Shown piece by piece: positions 33,889 to 44,347 of a DNA stretch of 64,000 bases. The stretch is taken from the IMG/VR virus record IMGVR_UViG_3300022935_000005, positions 1 through 64,000 of that record, one strand, 5' to 3'. Position numbers and translations under genes: made by a program. The notes under the pieces were generated by a model. That model saw only the letters and a list, made by a program, of their open reading frames with translations, was not told the origin of the DNA and searched no databases. Every line of letters begins with the position of its first letter. Within the stretch, counting starts at the first letter, position 1.

Positions 33889-36573
33889 ATGTCAATTTGG
33901 GTAACAGGATCTTTAGAAGTCAGAAACACATCAGGTGACCTCGTTTTCCAAGTAGGGGACAGCGCCGTTGCTAATCCAGATCCCACTCCTATGAACTTTA
34001 GATCCTCTATTGTCGAAGGGTCTTTTGAGGTTATTGGTGATCAGAATGTCAGCCATAAAATCCTTACAGCATCTTATGCTGGTGGCACTAACGGTGCCCG
34101 GGTTGGAGTAGGTGTAAGCGCAGAAACAAACGTAGCTTTCGCGGTAGGTGGAGACTTAGGATTAAGCGATACTTCTAGTGATCGCAGGATTGTAGTAGAG
34201 TCAGCTAGCGCTTTAGGAGATGCTTATATAAACGCTGGGTATGATAACAGTAACCGTCTTTTCATAATGTGGGAAGGTCAAGAAAAACGCATACGGATGG
34301 GTACCAGGGAAAGTGGTAGTACGTACTTCAGCTCTTTTATTATTAAATCTGGAAGCGCTGATTTACAAAACACTTTTACGGCCGGCGGAGATATAAAGGC
34401 TGGTGGTTCATTACAAGTCGGCGGTAATGTTATTCAAGCTTCAGACGGTGGAAACACCATCATCATGGATACGGATGATAACGTTACAATACGTGGTGAC
34501 TTAACAGTCAATGGTGGAGACATTCTTGGACCCACTGCCGGCCAATTAGCAATCAAGTCAGATGGTAATGCTATCATACAGGTTGATGCAGATAGCACCG
34601 GTGGAACCCCTGTTTTTGCTGTTTGGGATGAGTCTCAAAATCCCCAGTTTAGAGTACAGCTAAATGCTGCTGACGGCGGCACTAATAGCGTGACAACCAC
34701 ATATGGGCACGCCCATGTGGGAGAGAACTTAAACGTTACCGGATCTTTTGAGATGGGTAGTAGCGCAGTAGCCAACTTCGGCGCGGGTTCGACCCTAAAC
34801 TTTGGAGCGAACTCTTCTATTGATTGTGCTGCTTTCACTATTGACTCCACGTCAAACATAACGCTAGATTCTGACTTAAGTCAAATATACATCAAGGATA
34901 ACGGTGCTGATCGTTTCTCTTTCACCGCTGCTAACTTAAAAATACATAATGAGAGCAATACTTCAGACTATTTTGCTATTGATGTTGGAGCAAATGGGGC
35001 GACTACGCTGTCTACTGTCGATGATGGTGTCACTGCTACTGGTCACCTTTATGTAAATCCAGACGGTATCATACAACTACAACCGATCGGTGGAGTCAGG
35101 ATCGTTGGAACCAACCCTTACTTGAGAATTGGTGATGGTGGGGCAGAAGACGTTAAGGTTGAGTTTTATTATCAAGCAGCTGGTACTCTTTACTACCATG
35201 CCGGTGTGGATAATACTGACAGTATCTTCAAGATTGGACATGGGAATGTTCTTGGTACAGATTCAGCTATAGAGGTTGACACAACAACATCTGTTAACGT
35301 GAATCTTCCCATGACAGTTAATGACACGATCACTCTAGAGAATGGCGCAACAATAGGTAATGGAGTCTCAGGACGGATTGATCTTGCCGCCGCCACGACA
35401 CGCTTGAGTGGTGACTTACAAATTGCAGGAAACGACATCTTGAACAGCGGTGGTACCGCTGTGATGTCTATTAGCACTGGTAATGTCGTTGCCACCGCGG
35501 ATGTTGAGGCCCAGAACGTTCTAGCTGGAGGCTTGACTAGTACTAATTTGACTAGGGATAGAGTTGTGATTGCTGGGACTGGTGGTTTGCTAGATGATAG
35601 TGCTAACCTAACTTATACTACTAACAGACTAGCCATGGAGGGTGGCGGAACTCCATCAGTAGTGCTCATGTCAGATAGTACAAGTATGAATAATGGCGCC
35701 GGTTTGTACCTAAAGAGATATGTACCAAGTTCTACGACGCCTGCAGCAGGATATAACGTTGGTGAGCTAAACTTCCAAGCCTCCACCGATGATATTACAT
35801 ATCATGACGTCGCAAACGTTATAGTAGAGTTTTCTGAAACCTTCCAGCCAGCTACGGCGGAAGGAACTAGAATTGTTTTCAACTCCACGGCCAACGGAGC
35901 GACGTCGACCACTCAACACTTACAGGTCGGAGGTATGGATAATGCTCATGTTGCTGTTGGGTCTAATCCCCTAACAAATGGTGGTGGAAACGCAGGACTT
36001 TTAATTGGTGTTGGTTCCGGTAATGAAGCTAGATTAGACTTGATTGAGAACACTATTTCTACAACAGAAGGCTTTGGAACCGTTGGAGCTTACGGCTTCA
36101 GGGTGATGTACGATGGGACTGCTAATGACCTTATAATACAAAGCGGAGAGGCGACGAGCGTCGTCAATCGGATCATAGTTGATCGAGCCAGTGGGCTATT
36201 ACAGGTACCGTCGGTGTACACTTTATCCACCGCCTCCTCCGCGAATGTCAATGTCGATGTCGCCGGACAGATTAGAAGATCTACTTCCGACCGTAGAGTA
36301 AAGAAAGATATATCTGATTTGTCTGCTAGTCTCGATCAGGTGACAAGTCTTTTACCACGTCTGTTCTATGACATATCCGATGATACCAATAGTGTACATA
36401 TACCTGGGTTTGTAGCTGACGAAGTTGTTGATATTTTTCCAGAACTAGTCCCAGAAAGAAATGAGCCTGTAGAGATCACGAGGTCAGTATCTTATGACAG
36501 AGTGACAGCTTACATAGTTTCAGCGCTAAAAGAAGTAAAAGATAGATTAGAGGCTTTAGAAAGCTCTAACTAA
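33889..36573 (+). CDS. Tail fibre/spike with C-terminal intramolecular chaperone (peptidase S74)
   Basis: SDRRVKKDI, GFVADEV, VSYDRV, terminal coiled coil ALKEVKDRLEALE. Confidence 0.88.
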   Translation: MSIWVTGSLEVRNTSGDLVFQVGDSAVANPDPTPMNFRSSIVEGSFEVIGDQNVSHKILTASYAGGTNGARVGVGVSAETNVAFAVGGDLGLSDTSSDRRIVVESASALGDAYINAGYDNSNRLFIMWEGQEKRIRMGTRESGSTYFSSFIIKSGSADLQNTFTAGGDIKAGGSLQVGGNVIQASDGGNTIIMDTDDNVTIRGDLTVNGGDILGPTAGQLAIKSDGNAIIQVDADSTGGTPVFAVWDESQNPQFRVQLNAADGGTNSVTTTYGHAHVGENLNVTGSFEMGSSAVANFGAGSTLNFGANSSIDCAAFTIDSTSNITLDSDLSQIYIKDNGADRFSFTAANLKIHNESNTSDYFAIDVGANGATTLSTVDDGVTATGHLYVNPDGIIQLQPIGGVRIVGTNPYLRIGDGGAEDVKVEFYYQAAGTLYYHAGVDNTDSIFKIGHGNVLGTDSAIEVDTTTSVNVNLPMTVNDTITLENGATIGNGVSGRIDLAAATTRLSGDLQIAGNDILNSGGTAVMSISTGNVVATADVEAQNVLAGGLTSTNLTRDRVVIAGTGGLLDDSANLTYTTNRLAMEGGGTPSVVLMSDSTSMNNGAGLYLKRYVPSSTTPAAGYNVGELNFQASTDDITYHDVANVIVEFSETFQPATAEGTRIVFNSTANGATSTTQHLQVGGMDNAHVAVGSNPLTNGGGNAGLLIGVGSGNEARLDLIENTISTTEGFGTVGAYGFRVMYDGTANDLIIQSGEATSVVNRIIVDRASGLLQVPSVYTLSTASSANVNVDVAGQIRRSTSDRRVKKDISDLSASLDQVTSLLPRLFYDISDDTNSVHIPGFVADEVVDIFPELVPERNEPVEITRSVSYDRVTAYIVSALKEVKDRLEALESSN

Positions 36574-36716
36574 GAATTAACTTATATAATATATAGATTA
36601 ATAGTATTTAATAAGTAATAAGATTCAGTAATACAGTAGTTCAGTTATTCAGTTACAGAAATATATTAGCAGTCTTTCCAGAATTTGTACAAGCACTTTT
36701 CGAAAAAAACTTGACG

Positions 36717-36744
36717 TATACAACCTCAGACCCCTCTCTATTAT
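36717..36744 (+). promoter_or_regulatory. Promoter TATACA-N16-TATTAT for the glycan cluster
   Basis: Same spacing as TGWACA-N16 class; upstream AT-rich tract. Confidence 0.5.
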
Positions 36745-36770
36745 TGATGGAGTAAGGTTAGAGGTCGTAT

Positions 36771-38720
36771 ATGTCAGTATTCAAAAGTCCATTTGAGCAA
36801 CAGCAGCCTTCTGTCAATTTGATCGATGACAGTACAGATGTGGTTGTAGTTGCAGATTTATTTGTAGAAGATTATGTCGGTGGTGCTGAGCTAACAACCG
36901 AAGCTCTAATTCAAGCCGCAAGTGATGTCAAGGTACAGAAGGTTTATGCTAGAGATGTAAGCATGGCAATGCTAAAGTCCGGGCATGGGAAGCATTGGGT
37001 TTTTTGTAACTCGACTTCTATGAATCCATCTCTTATTCCGACCATCATCGCTAACATGGAATATTCAATAATCGAATATGACTACAAGTTCTGTAAATTC
37101 AGAAGCATAGAGAAGCATGAGTTAGAGACTGGTACTCAATGCGACTGTCATGAAGATCTTCACGGTAAGATGATATCAGCTTTCTTCCATGGCGCAAAGA
37201 GCCTATGGTGGATGAGTGAAGATCAAGAAGCAAGATACTTAGCACGTTTTCCTTTCCTAAGAGAAAATGATTCAGTTGTGCTTAGCAGCGTTTTCGATGA
37301 TAGCTTCTTTGCATATGTCAACTCCGTGAAGTATGAAAATGAGAATCAAGACCGTCAGGGGTGGATTGTTCTCGGCTCAAATTCTTGGATCAAGGGGTTT
37401 GAAGATGCCGAGCAGCACTGTAAAGATAACGACTTGGAATACGAAGTCGTGTGGGGAGTTCCTCATGAAGAACTGCTTCAAAAGCTTTCTGCTGCTGAGG
37501 GTTTTGTGTATCTGCCTAAGGGAGGAGACACATGTCCAAGAATGGTTATCGAAGCCAAGGCTTTAGGATGCGAACTGGTCTTAAATGAGAACGTTCAGCA
37601 CGCTAATGAGGAGTGGTTCACTGGATCTGATATCGACATGCTGTCATATCTCTATGCAGCCCGCGAAAGATTTTGGAACGCAATCAAGTCTATCATGAAT
37701 TATACTCCTACACTTTCTGGCTATACCACTGTTAGGAACGCAAATCGTATGAAGTACCCTTGGCAGGCGACTGTAAGGTCCATGCTTGGCTTCTGTGATG
37801 AGGTAGTTGTTGTCGATGGTGGTTCCGATGACGATACATGGGAAGAACTACAGACCATGGCTCAGGGTCAGGAAGACGGACGTCTTAAAGTATACCAGCA
37901 TTCTGTTCCGAATGATCACCCCTCATTTGCGTATGAGACAGACGGTAAGCTAAAAGCTACAGCTAGAAGCTATTGTACAGGTGATTTCTGCTGGCAGATG
38001 GATGCCGATGAGATAGTCCACGAAAATGACTATCAAAAAGCTAGAAATGTCATGAAGGCTTTCCCACCACAGTTTGACATCATGTCGTTACCAGTTATCG
38101 AGTACTGGGGCGGTGACGAAAAAGTTCGTATGGATATCAATCCATGGAAGTGGCGGATAAGCAGAAACAAACCATATGTTACGCAAGGTATCCCGAGTGA
38201 ACTTCGAAGATGGGATGAAGAAGGTAACATATATGCTGCTTTAGGGACAGACACATGTGATTACATACACTCTGAGACAGGTGAAAGAATACCCCACGTC
38301 GGCTTCTACACTGAGGATGCGCATAGGGTTAGGCTAGCTGCTTTGATGGGTAATGATGAAGCGATGTCCGCATATCAAAACTGGTTCCAGCAGGTTGTAG
38401 ATCAGATTCCATCAGTTCACCACTATTCATGGTATGATATTTCTAAGAAGATTAAGCAGTACAAGCTTCATTGGGCATCATTCTGGAAAAGCCAGTATCG
38501 TCATGATGCAGAGGATACCACAGAGAACAATGTCATGTTTGATAAGCCGTGGAGCGAAGTAACTGATGAAGACATCGAAGCTTTAAGCAAAAGGTTGGCT
38601 TCTGAGTTAGGGGGGTGGATATTCCACACTAAAGTTGACTTCTCTGCGAATGTTCCTCATGTAACTCTTAATACAACTCATCCTGTAGAGTTCTTAAATT
38701 TACGAGAGAAAAATGAATAG
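36771..38720 (+). CDS. Two-domain glycosyltransferase (GT4-like plus GT2-like)
   Basis: GGAELT, DTCPRMVIEAKALGC; DEVVVVDGGSDDDT, QMDADE. Confidence 0.85.
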   Translation: MSVFKSPFEQQQPSVNLIDDSTDVVVVADLFVEDYVGGAELTTEALIQAASDVKVQKVYARDVSMAMLKSGHGKHWVFCNSTSMNPSLIPTIIANMEYSIIEYDYKFCKFRSIEKHELETGTQCDCHEDLHGKMISAFFHGAKSLWWMSEDQEARYLARFPFLRENDSVVLSSVFDDSFFAYVNSVKYENENQDRQGWIVLGSNSWIKGFEDAEQHCKDNDLEYEVVWGVPHEELLQKLSAAEGFVYLPKGGDTCPRMVIEAKALGCELVLNENVQHANEEWFTGSDIDMLSYLYAARERFWNAIKSIMNYTPTLSGYTTVRNANRMKYPWQATVRSMLGFCDEVVVVDGGSDDDTWEELQTMAQGQEDGRLKVYQHSVPNDHPSFAYETDGKLKATARSYCTGDFCWQMDADEIVHENDYQKARNVMKAFPPQFDIMSLPVIEYWGGDEKVRMDINPWKWRISRNKPYVTQGIPSELRRWDEEGNIYAALGTDTCDYIHSETGERIPHVGFYTEDAHRVRLAALMGNDEAMSAYQNWFQQVVDQIPSVHHYSWYDISKKIKQYKLHWASFWKSQYRHDAEDTTENNVMFDKPWSEVTDEDIEALSKRLASELGGWIFHTKVDFSANVPHVTLNTTHPVEFLNLREKNE

Positions 38721-39495
38721 AGTTTCCGTATTGATACCCTTATACAACTGCGAATCGACAGTTCGTAGAGCATTAGTATCAGTAAAAAATCAGACCTACA
38801 AAGACTTTGAAGTCATCGCCGTCGACAATAACTGTACAGATAGCACTATCGAAATAGTCGAAGAATTTATTGACGATATGGACATAAAGATAGTGAGCTG
38901 TAAAGAGCCGGGTATTGTTCCTGCCCTCAATGCAGGTCTTAAACATTGCCATCTTGAGTTTGTGGCGCGCCAGGACGGAGATGATTACTGGTATCCTGAA
39001 AAGCTAGAAAAGCAAGTTGCTTTTATGGACGAAAATCCTGAAGTGTCAGTCTTGGGAACGCAGATACAGTTACTTGACGAAGAAGGTAACTTACAAGAAA
39101 TGGGTACGATGGGAAGAAAAGTTGATTACCCAACTGATGACAATACAATTAAGGCGTTTTTTCTTTATGGTCAAAATTCAATATGTCACCCATCTGTGCT
39201 GATAAGAAACAAAATGTTTGGTATAGTCGGAGGCTATGAGCAGCTTTTTCCAAAAGCTGAAGACTTACATCTCTGGCTTAAGCTTTTACCACATACAGAT
39301 TTTGCTAACTTAGAAGATGTTCTTGTTGATTATACTCAAAGAAAAGACCCTGACTATGACGCTAGAATACCGATTTTTATGAGCGATACATACTACACGA
39401 TGTATAAGACAGCAGGTATTGTTCATGGAGAAAGAGAGAAAAAGATTTATGATTGGCAACTCGATCCTACTGCACATGGTAACAAGAGGGTGTGA
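38713..39495 (+). CDS. GT2 glycosyltransferase
   Basis: VSVLIPLYN, VDNNCTD, ARQDGDD, HPSV, AEDLHLW. Confidence 0.92.
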   Translation: MNRVSVLIPLYNCESTVRRALVSVKNQTYKDFEVIAVDNNCTDSTIEIVEEFIDDMDIKIVSCKEPGIVPALNAGLKHCHLEFVARQDGDDYWYPEKLEKQVAFMDENPEVSVLGTQIQLLDEEGNLQEMGTMGRKVDYPTDDNTIKAFFLYGQNSICHPSVLIRNKMFGIVGGYEQLFPKAEDLHLWLKLLPHTDFANLEDVLVDYTQRKDPDYDARIPIFMSDTYYTMYKTAGIVHGEREKKIYDWQLDPTAHGNKRV

Positions 39496-40250
39496 CTATG
39501 CAAAAAATGAAGATAGTGGTTCCCACCTACAATACAGAGAACTGGATAGAGCGTTGTCTTAAGTCTATTTCTACTCAGACTTTTGTGAATTGGGAGTGTG
39601 TCATAATAAACGATGCTAGCACTGACAAGACAGGAGAAGTTATCGATAGCCTTCCCTTTGTGAAAGATGACAAAAGGTTTAAAGTCGTTCACAACCAAGA
39701 GAATGTTAAAGCGCTTAAGAATATAGTCGACGGTTTTAATATACTGAAGTGCCATGAAGATCCGGATAACATCATGATGGTAATCGATGGAGACGATTTT
39801 CTGTATTCAGATTCTAGCCTGTCTATAATAGAAGCAGTGTATACGCAAAACCCTTCTTTCTTGTTGACTTACGGTGACTGGATTGGCCACCCCTATGGTG
39901 ATCGTAGCAATTGCAGACCCTATGCAAGAGAAGTGGTTATTGGAAATGACTATAGAAACGTCCCTTTTTGCGCTTCGCACTTAAGAACATTCAAGAGCCG
40001 ATTGTGGTACTCGATTAAAGATGAAGATCTACGTGACAACAGTGGAAAGTACTTTTCGGCTGGCTGGGATGTTGCATTCATGGTACCAATGTTAGAAATG
40101 GCTCAAGAGCGTCATGCGTTCTTACCGTATGTTATGTATTGCTATAATAAGGAAAACCCTTTGTCGGATTATAAGGTAAACTCCAAAGAGCAAAATGATG
40201 CAGTCACGCTAACGAAAAGTCGTAAAAAGTACGAAAGACTTTCTTGGTAA
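39492..40250 (+). CDS. GT2 glycosyltransferase
   Basis: VVPTYN, INDASTD, IDGDD, SHLRTF. Confidence 0.9.
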   Translation: MTMQKMKIVVPTYNTENWIERCLKSISTQTFVNWECVIINDASTDKTGEVIDSLPFVKDDKRFKVVHNQENVKALKNIVDGFNILKCHEDPDNIMMVIDGDDFLYSDSSLSIIEAVYTQNPSFLLTYGDWIGHPYGDRSNCRPYAREVVIGNDYRNVPFCASHLRTFKSRLWYSIKDEDLRDNSGKYFSAGWDVAFMVPMLEMAQERHAFLPYVMYCYNKENPLSDYKVNSKEQNDAVTLTKSRKKYERLSW

Positions 40251-40273
40251 AAAAAGAATAACGGAAGAAGAAT

Positions 40274-41476
40274 ATGGAAGATAATCAACTACTGCAACTA
40301 TATAGAAGATCTTTGGTGCATCTATCAACTTCAAATATTAATTCTACTAGGGTCCACACTCTCAAATCACTTGAAAAAGACAAATTTCGATTGTATGAAG
40401 AAGATCAAAGCTGCGAGTTGCTAATAATAGTGCCTGTCCATAAAAGAGGTAACCACTTAAAAGCAACAGTTAGATGTCTAAAGTCTCAAATAAATAATTT
40501 GGAAGATCCAACCGCTGTTGGGTTGATAGTGTCCGAGATGGATGATGAGCCCTTACATAACATTTTCTGTACAGAGGAGAAAACAAGCTATCACTTTATG
40601 AGAAAAGTGAAGGGTGAATTTAATAAATCTGTTACGATGAACGCCGCAGTAAATCACTTTATTGGAGACACTAGTCATATCCCTTCCTACATTTTGTTTC
40701 ATGATGTAGACATTGTTACAGACGATGGGTGGGTTAAAAGTTGCTTGGACAATGCTAGAAATTTTCAAGCATCACTACCTGCTGGTGAAGGATGGATATG
40801 CCAAACTATAAAAGACAGAAAGCTAGAATACGTTTCAAAAGAAAATACAGAAAAATACTTTTCGAATGAATTGAGTACCAAAGACTTGAGTCAGATATCA
40901 CATAACATAAGCAGCAGGTGGTATGAACAAGTGTATCCACCTGGTGGTAGTATAATGGTGAACGCTCTCCTTCTATATGCTAGTGGTGGTTATGATGAAG
41001 CTTTGTTCTGGGGTTACAGTCCAGAAGATAAGCACTTTTTAGATATATGTCAAATCTTGGCCCCCAACTGTTTTTTTACGTTTGAAAGTGAGAAGAGGTC
41101 TTATCATTTGCACCATGAAAACCTAGAGCTCACCAACAATAGTTTGGAACACATGGTCGCGATAAGTGGCATGATAAAAGCAGATATATCTGTATTTTGC
41201 TATCACCAAGCTATGAAATTAGCCGCGCACATTATTTTTCCCAAAATCAACCACATCGCTTTCTATAGTTTGCTAGACACATCTGGAAAGGATGGGTACC
41301 TAGATTTCTATAAAAACGCTTTTTCTGATATCGATGGCGAGACTTTTGTTCTTGTTCACCGTGCGAACAGGCCTCTTGCTAGGTTTATATTAACTTACTT
41401 GGCTCAAATTATACCAGACCATAAGTTGGTCCAACAATTTAACACAAGCGCCGGCCCAAAGCCCGGTGTTCAGTGA
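40274..41476 (+). CDS. GT2/GT7-like glycosyltransferase
   Basis: FNKS, FHDVD, GGYDEALFWGYSPED. Confidence 0.75.
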   Translation: MEDNQLLQLYRRSLVHLSTSNINSTRVHTLKSLEKDKFRLYEEDQSCELLIIVPVHKRGNHLKATVRCLKSQINNLEDPTAVGLIVSEMDDEPLHNIFCTEEKTSYHFMRKVKGEFNKSVTMNAAVNHFIGDTSHIPSYILFHDVDIVTDDGWVKSCLDNARNFQASLPAGEGWICQTIKDRKLEYVSKENTEKYFSNELSTKDLSQISHNISSRWYEQVYPPGGSIMVNALLLYASGGYDEALFWGYSPEDKHFLDICQILAPNCFFTFESEKRSYHLHHENLELTNNSLEHMVAISGMIKADISVFCYHQAMKLAAHIIFPKINHIAFYSLLDTSGKDGYLDFYKNAFSDIDGETFVLVHRANRPLARFILTYLAQIIPDHKLVQQFNTSAGPKPGVQ

Positions 41477-42159
41477 GGACGATTTTGCAACACAAGATTA
41501 AATACAACAGTGAAAAATACAATTTTGTAGGCCTTATATCAGATCTGTTTGAAGCTGAAGATTTGCAGGTCTTGCATAATCACCTTGAAGAGATTTATGT
41601 AGCCCCAGATGGAAATACTGGTTTGGGAAATGATACACACAGTAAATACCACAAACTGTTTTATGATAAATTGAGATCTGGATGGGACGAGTTTTTGAGT
41701 TCTTACAAATCATTCATAAAAGATGAAGTTGCTTCTAAGTTTAAAGACGAGAAAAGAATCATATATCAAACATTACCGTCATTTCGAATACAGTATCCCA
41801 CAGGAAAAGCCGTTACTACCTGGCATTGTGACAATGATGAAAGACACAAGCATCCGCTGGGTGAATTGAACATATTATTACCTTTGACACAGATGAGAGA
41901 TGAAAGTGCTGTCTGGGCTGAGTCGTTACCAGGATTAGGTGATTTTTCTCCGATGAACTGTGAGTATGGCGAGTTTATAATCTGGAATGGAAACAGGTGC
42001 CGCCACGGAAATAAGCCAAACACTACTGGGCTAACTCGCGTTAGTCTTGATTTTCGTGTGCTTCCTGAAATGTACTACAACGAAGATTATGACTTATCAA
42101 CTGCCACTACAAATATGAAGTTTAAAATTGGTGAATACTATTCCGCCTTAGGAGTTTGA
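41473..42159 (+). CDS. StrG-like 2OG-Fe(II)-fold protein
   Basis: YQTLPSFR, WHCD, HGNKPNTTGLTRVSLDFR. Confidence 0.75.
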   Translation: MRTILQHKIKYNSEKYNFVGLISDLFEAEDLQVLHNHLEEIYVAPDGNTGLGNDTHSKYHKLFYDKLRSGWDEFLSSYKSFIKDEVASKFKDEKRIIYQTLPSFRIQYPTGKAVTTWHCDNDERHKHPLGELNILLPLTQMRDESAVWAESLPGLGDFSPMNCEYGEFIIWNGNRCRHGNKPNTTGLTRVSLDFRVLPEMYYNEDYDLSTATTNMKFKIGEYYSALGV

Positions 42160-42160
42160 G

Positions 42161-42826
42161 ATGTTTGTTTCTTTAGAAGATGTGATACCGTACCTGAAGA
42201 AAAAAGGGTTTACTATCAATGATCCATGGGACGTTGTTGATGCCTTCGAAAAAATGGTAGCAGAATACGCAGGAAGTAAATTTGCAGTATCAGTAGATAA
42301 CTGCACAGATGCTATGTTTCTTTGTCTAAAGTATCTCGACGCAAAAGGTACCATTACTGTTCCGTCTAAGACTTACGTTTCCGTCCCACAGACTATTATA
42401 CATGCTGGGTGTAGGGTAAAGTTTGAAGATGTTGAGTGGTCTGGTGCATACCAACTTCACCCGTATCCAGTAATTGATGGTGCAACAAGGTTTACTAAAG
42501 GAATGTATGTTCCAGGGACATATCAGTGTTTGTCATTTCATATAAAGAAAATCCTGAATATTGGTAAAGGTGGTATGATTCTAACAGATGATCCAGAAGC
42601 AGCAAGGTGGTTCAAGGTTGCGCGTTACGAAGGCCGTCACATAGACGTACCGTATGACAAAGATGAGATAGAGATGCTAGGTTGGAATATGTACATGCCA
42701 CCTGAGCAAGCTGCAAGAGGAATTCAAATCTTTAAAGACTTACCAGAAGAAAATAAAGACTGTGGTGGCTCATGGAAGTATCATGATGTCTCTAACTTGA
42801 GCGTATTCAAGGGGTTCGTAGACTAG
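42161..42826 (+). CDS. Short DegT/DnrJ/EryC1/StrS-type PLP aminotransferase
   Basis: FEKMVAEYAG, AVSVDNCT, SFHIKK..GKGGMILTDD. Confidence 0.85.
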   Translation: MFVSLEDVIPYLKKKGFTINDPWDVVDAFEKMVAEYAGSKFAVSVDNCTDAMFLCLKYLDAKGTITVPSKTYVSVPQTIIHAGCRVKFEDVEWSGAYQLHPYPVIDGATRFTKGMYVPGTYQCLSFHIKKILNIGKGGMILTDDPEAARWFKVARYEGRHIDVPYDKDEIEMLGWNMYMPPEQAARGIQIFKDLPEENKDCGGSWKYHDVSNLSVFKGFVD

Positions 42827-42852
42827 AATGAGTCTAATGAAAGTGGTTTAAT

Positions 42853-43449
42853 ATGAATGATAGCGAAAGAAAGTTCTATAACGAAGACTATTGGTTTAAG
42901 AACACTCATCTTCATGGAGAAGTTAACGGATACGGCTTAGAATATTATGTCTGTAAGATCTACAGAGATGTCATATTCAAGATTAATGACATTCCCGATA
43001 ACGGATACATAGTGGTTCTTGGAAGCAATAATTGCGTTTCTTTTAACTTGCTTTGTGAAAGATATGGTAAAGAAAGATGCATCGGGTATGACATAGCTAA
43101 TCCGACCAACCACGAAAAAGTGATAGTCAAGAATGTCTTAGATTTCAATTCTAGTGATGACATACCCATAGCTTTTGTTCATAACGATATTGGCTCTTTT
43201 CCGACCACGCCGATAGCAAAGTTCGCAGCGCAAGACTGGGCAGCCAGAAATGTCGTAGAAGGAGGTTATTTTTTAAGCAGAAATAATTTTAACGCAGCGA
43301 AATATCCACTTGAGCAGCACTTAGAGAGGCATGGCTTCATAAACACTCACTTTCTAGGTTTACAACCCTTCATGGACTTGAGCTCTTTGGACTCTGCTTG
43401 CGTAGAGGGTCATATGATATCAAAGAAGAATCGGCCGAAACTAAGATAG
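42853..43449 (+). CDS. Hypothetical protein, possible SAM-dependent methyltransferase fold
   Basis: IVVLGS, IGYDI; located in the glycan cluster. Confidence 0.55.
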   Translation: MNDSERKFYNEDYWFKNTHLHGEVNGYGLEYYVCKIYRDVIFKINDIPDNGYIVVLGSNNCVSFNLLCERYGKERCIGYDIANPTNHEKVIVKNVLDFNSSDDIPIAFVHNDIGSFPTTPIAKFAAQDWAARNVVEGGYFLSRNNFNAAKYPLEQHLERHGFINTHFLGLQPFMDLSSLDSACVEGHMISKKNRPKLR

Positions 43450-43459
43450 AGGATACAAC

Positions 43460-44332
43460 ATGGGTTCTAATAAAGATAATGATGTGCTTGAAGTCAACTT
43501 GTTTGACTATAATATTGCCCACGCTACTAGCTATGACGACTCTTTAGAGAAGGGAAGGATAGAGCCCGGTATCAAATACATTAGAGATTATGACCCTCAA
43601 AGAGTAAGCGTATTTACCGATAATATGCTGAGTCAAGTTGATAACAAACCGGGAATTATTAACGTAGCTTGGATAATGGAACCCATAGACTTCGCTCCAA
43701 CTTCTTATAAGTACCTTTCGCAAAATTACAAGAAGTTTGATTTAATCTTAACCCATAACCTAGATGTTATTGATAAACACTTATCAGAAGTTGACTGTCG
43801 ATACGTAACAGCAGATGGTATTTTTTTAGACACTCCTGCTCTTGATAAAGCAAACCACAATAAAAGCCGACTTTGCTCACATATTTTCTCTAGCAAAAGG
43901 TCTCTTCCTGGGCATAGGTTAAGACACGACATCGCCACGATGTTACCTAATTCTTTTGATATGTTCGGATCAGGAACAGGAAAATGGCTAGAAAAAAAGT
44001 CGGATGCTCTAAGAGATTACTATTTTTCTGTTTCAATAGAAAACAGCAGGTCTAGAGGCTACTTTACAGAGAAGATTATGGATTGTTTTGCAACAAGGAC
44101 GGTGCCTATCTATTGGGGAGATGCTCATGTGTGGGAGTATTTCAATAAAGATGGAGCAATCAGGTTTGATACCCTAGAGCAGCTAAAAGACATAATCAAT
44201 GGTATCAATAAAGAGATGTATGATGAGATGCTACCGGCTATTGAGCAGAACTACGAGCTATGTATTAAGTCGTGTTATAGCGTAGACCGTCAAGTAAAGC
44301 AACACATACAAGAATTTATTAAGTCTAGATAA
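43460..44332 (+). CDS. GT10 (alpha-1,3-fucosyltransferase-like) protein
   Basis: YYFSVSIENS..GYFTEKIMDCF..TVPIYWG. Confidence 0.85.
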   Translation: MGSNKDNDVLEVNLFDYNIAHATSYDDSLEKGRIEPGIKYIRDYDPQRVSVFTDNMLSQVDNKPGIINVAWIMEPIDFAPTSYKYLSQNYKKFDLILTHNLDVIDKHLSEVDCRYVTADGIFLDTPALDKANHNKSRLCSHIFSSKRSLPGHRLRHDIATMLPNSFDMFGSGTGKWLEKKSDALRDYYFSVSIENSRSRGYFTEKIMDCFATRTVPIYWGDAHVWEYFNKDGAIRFDTLEQLKDIINGINKEMYDEMLPAIEQNYELCIKSCYSVDRQVKQHIQEFIKSR

Positions 44333-44347
44333 ACAAAGGAAAATAGC

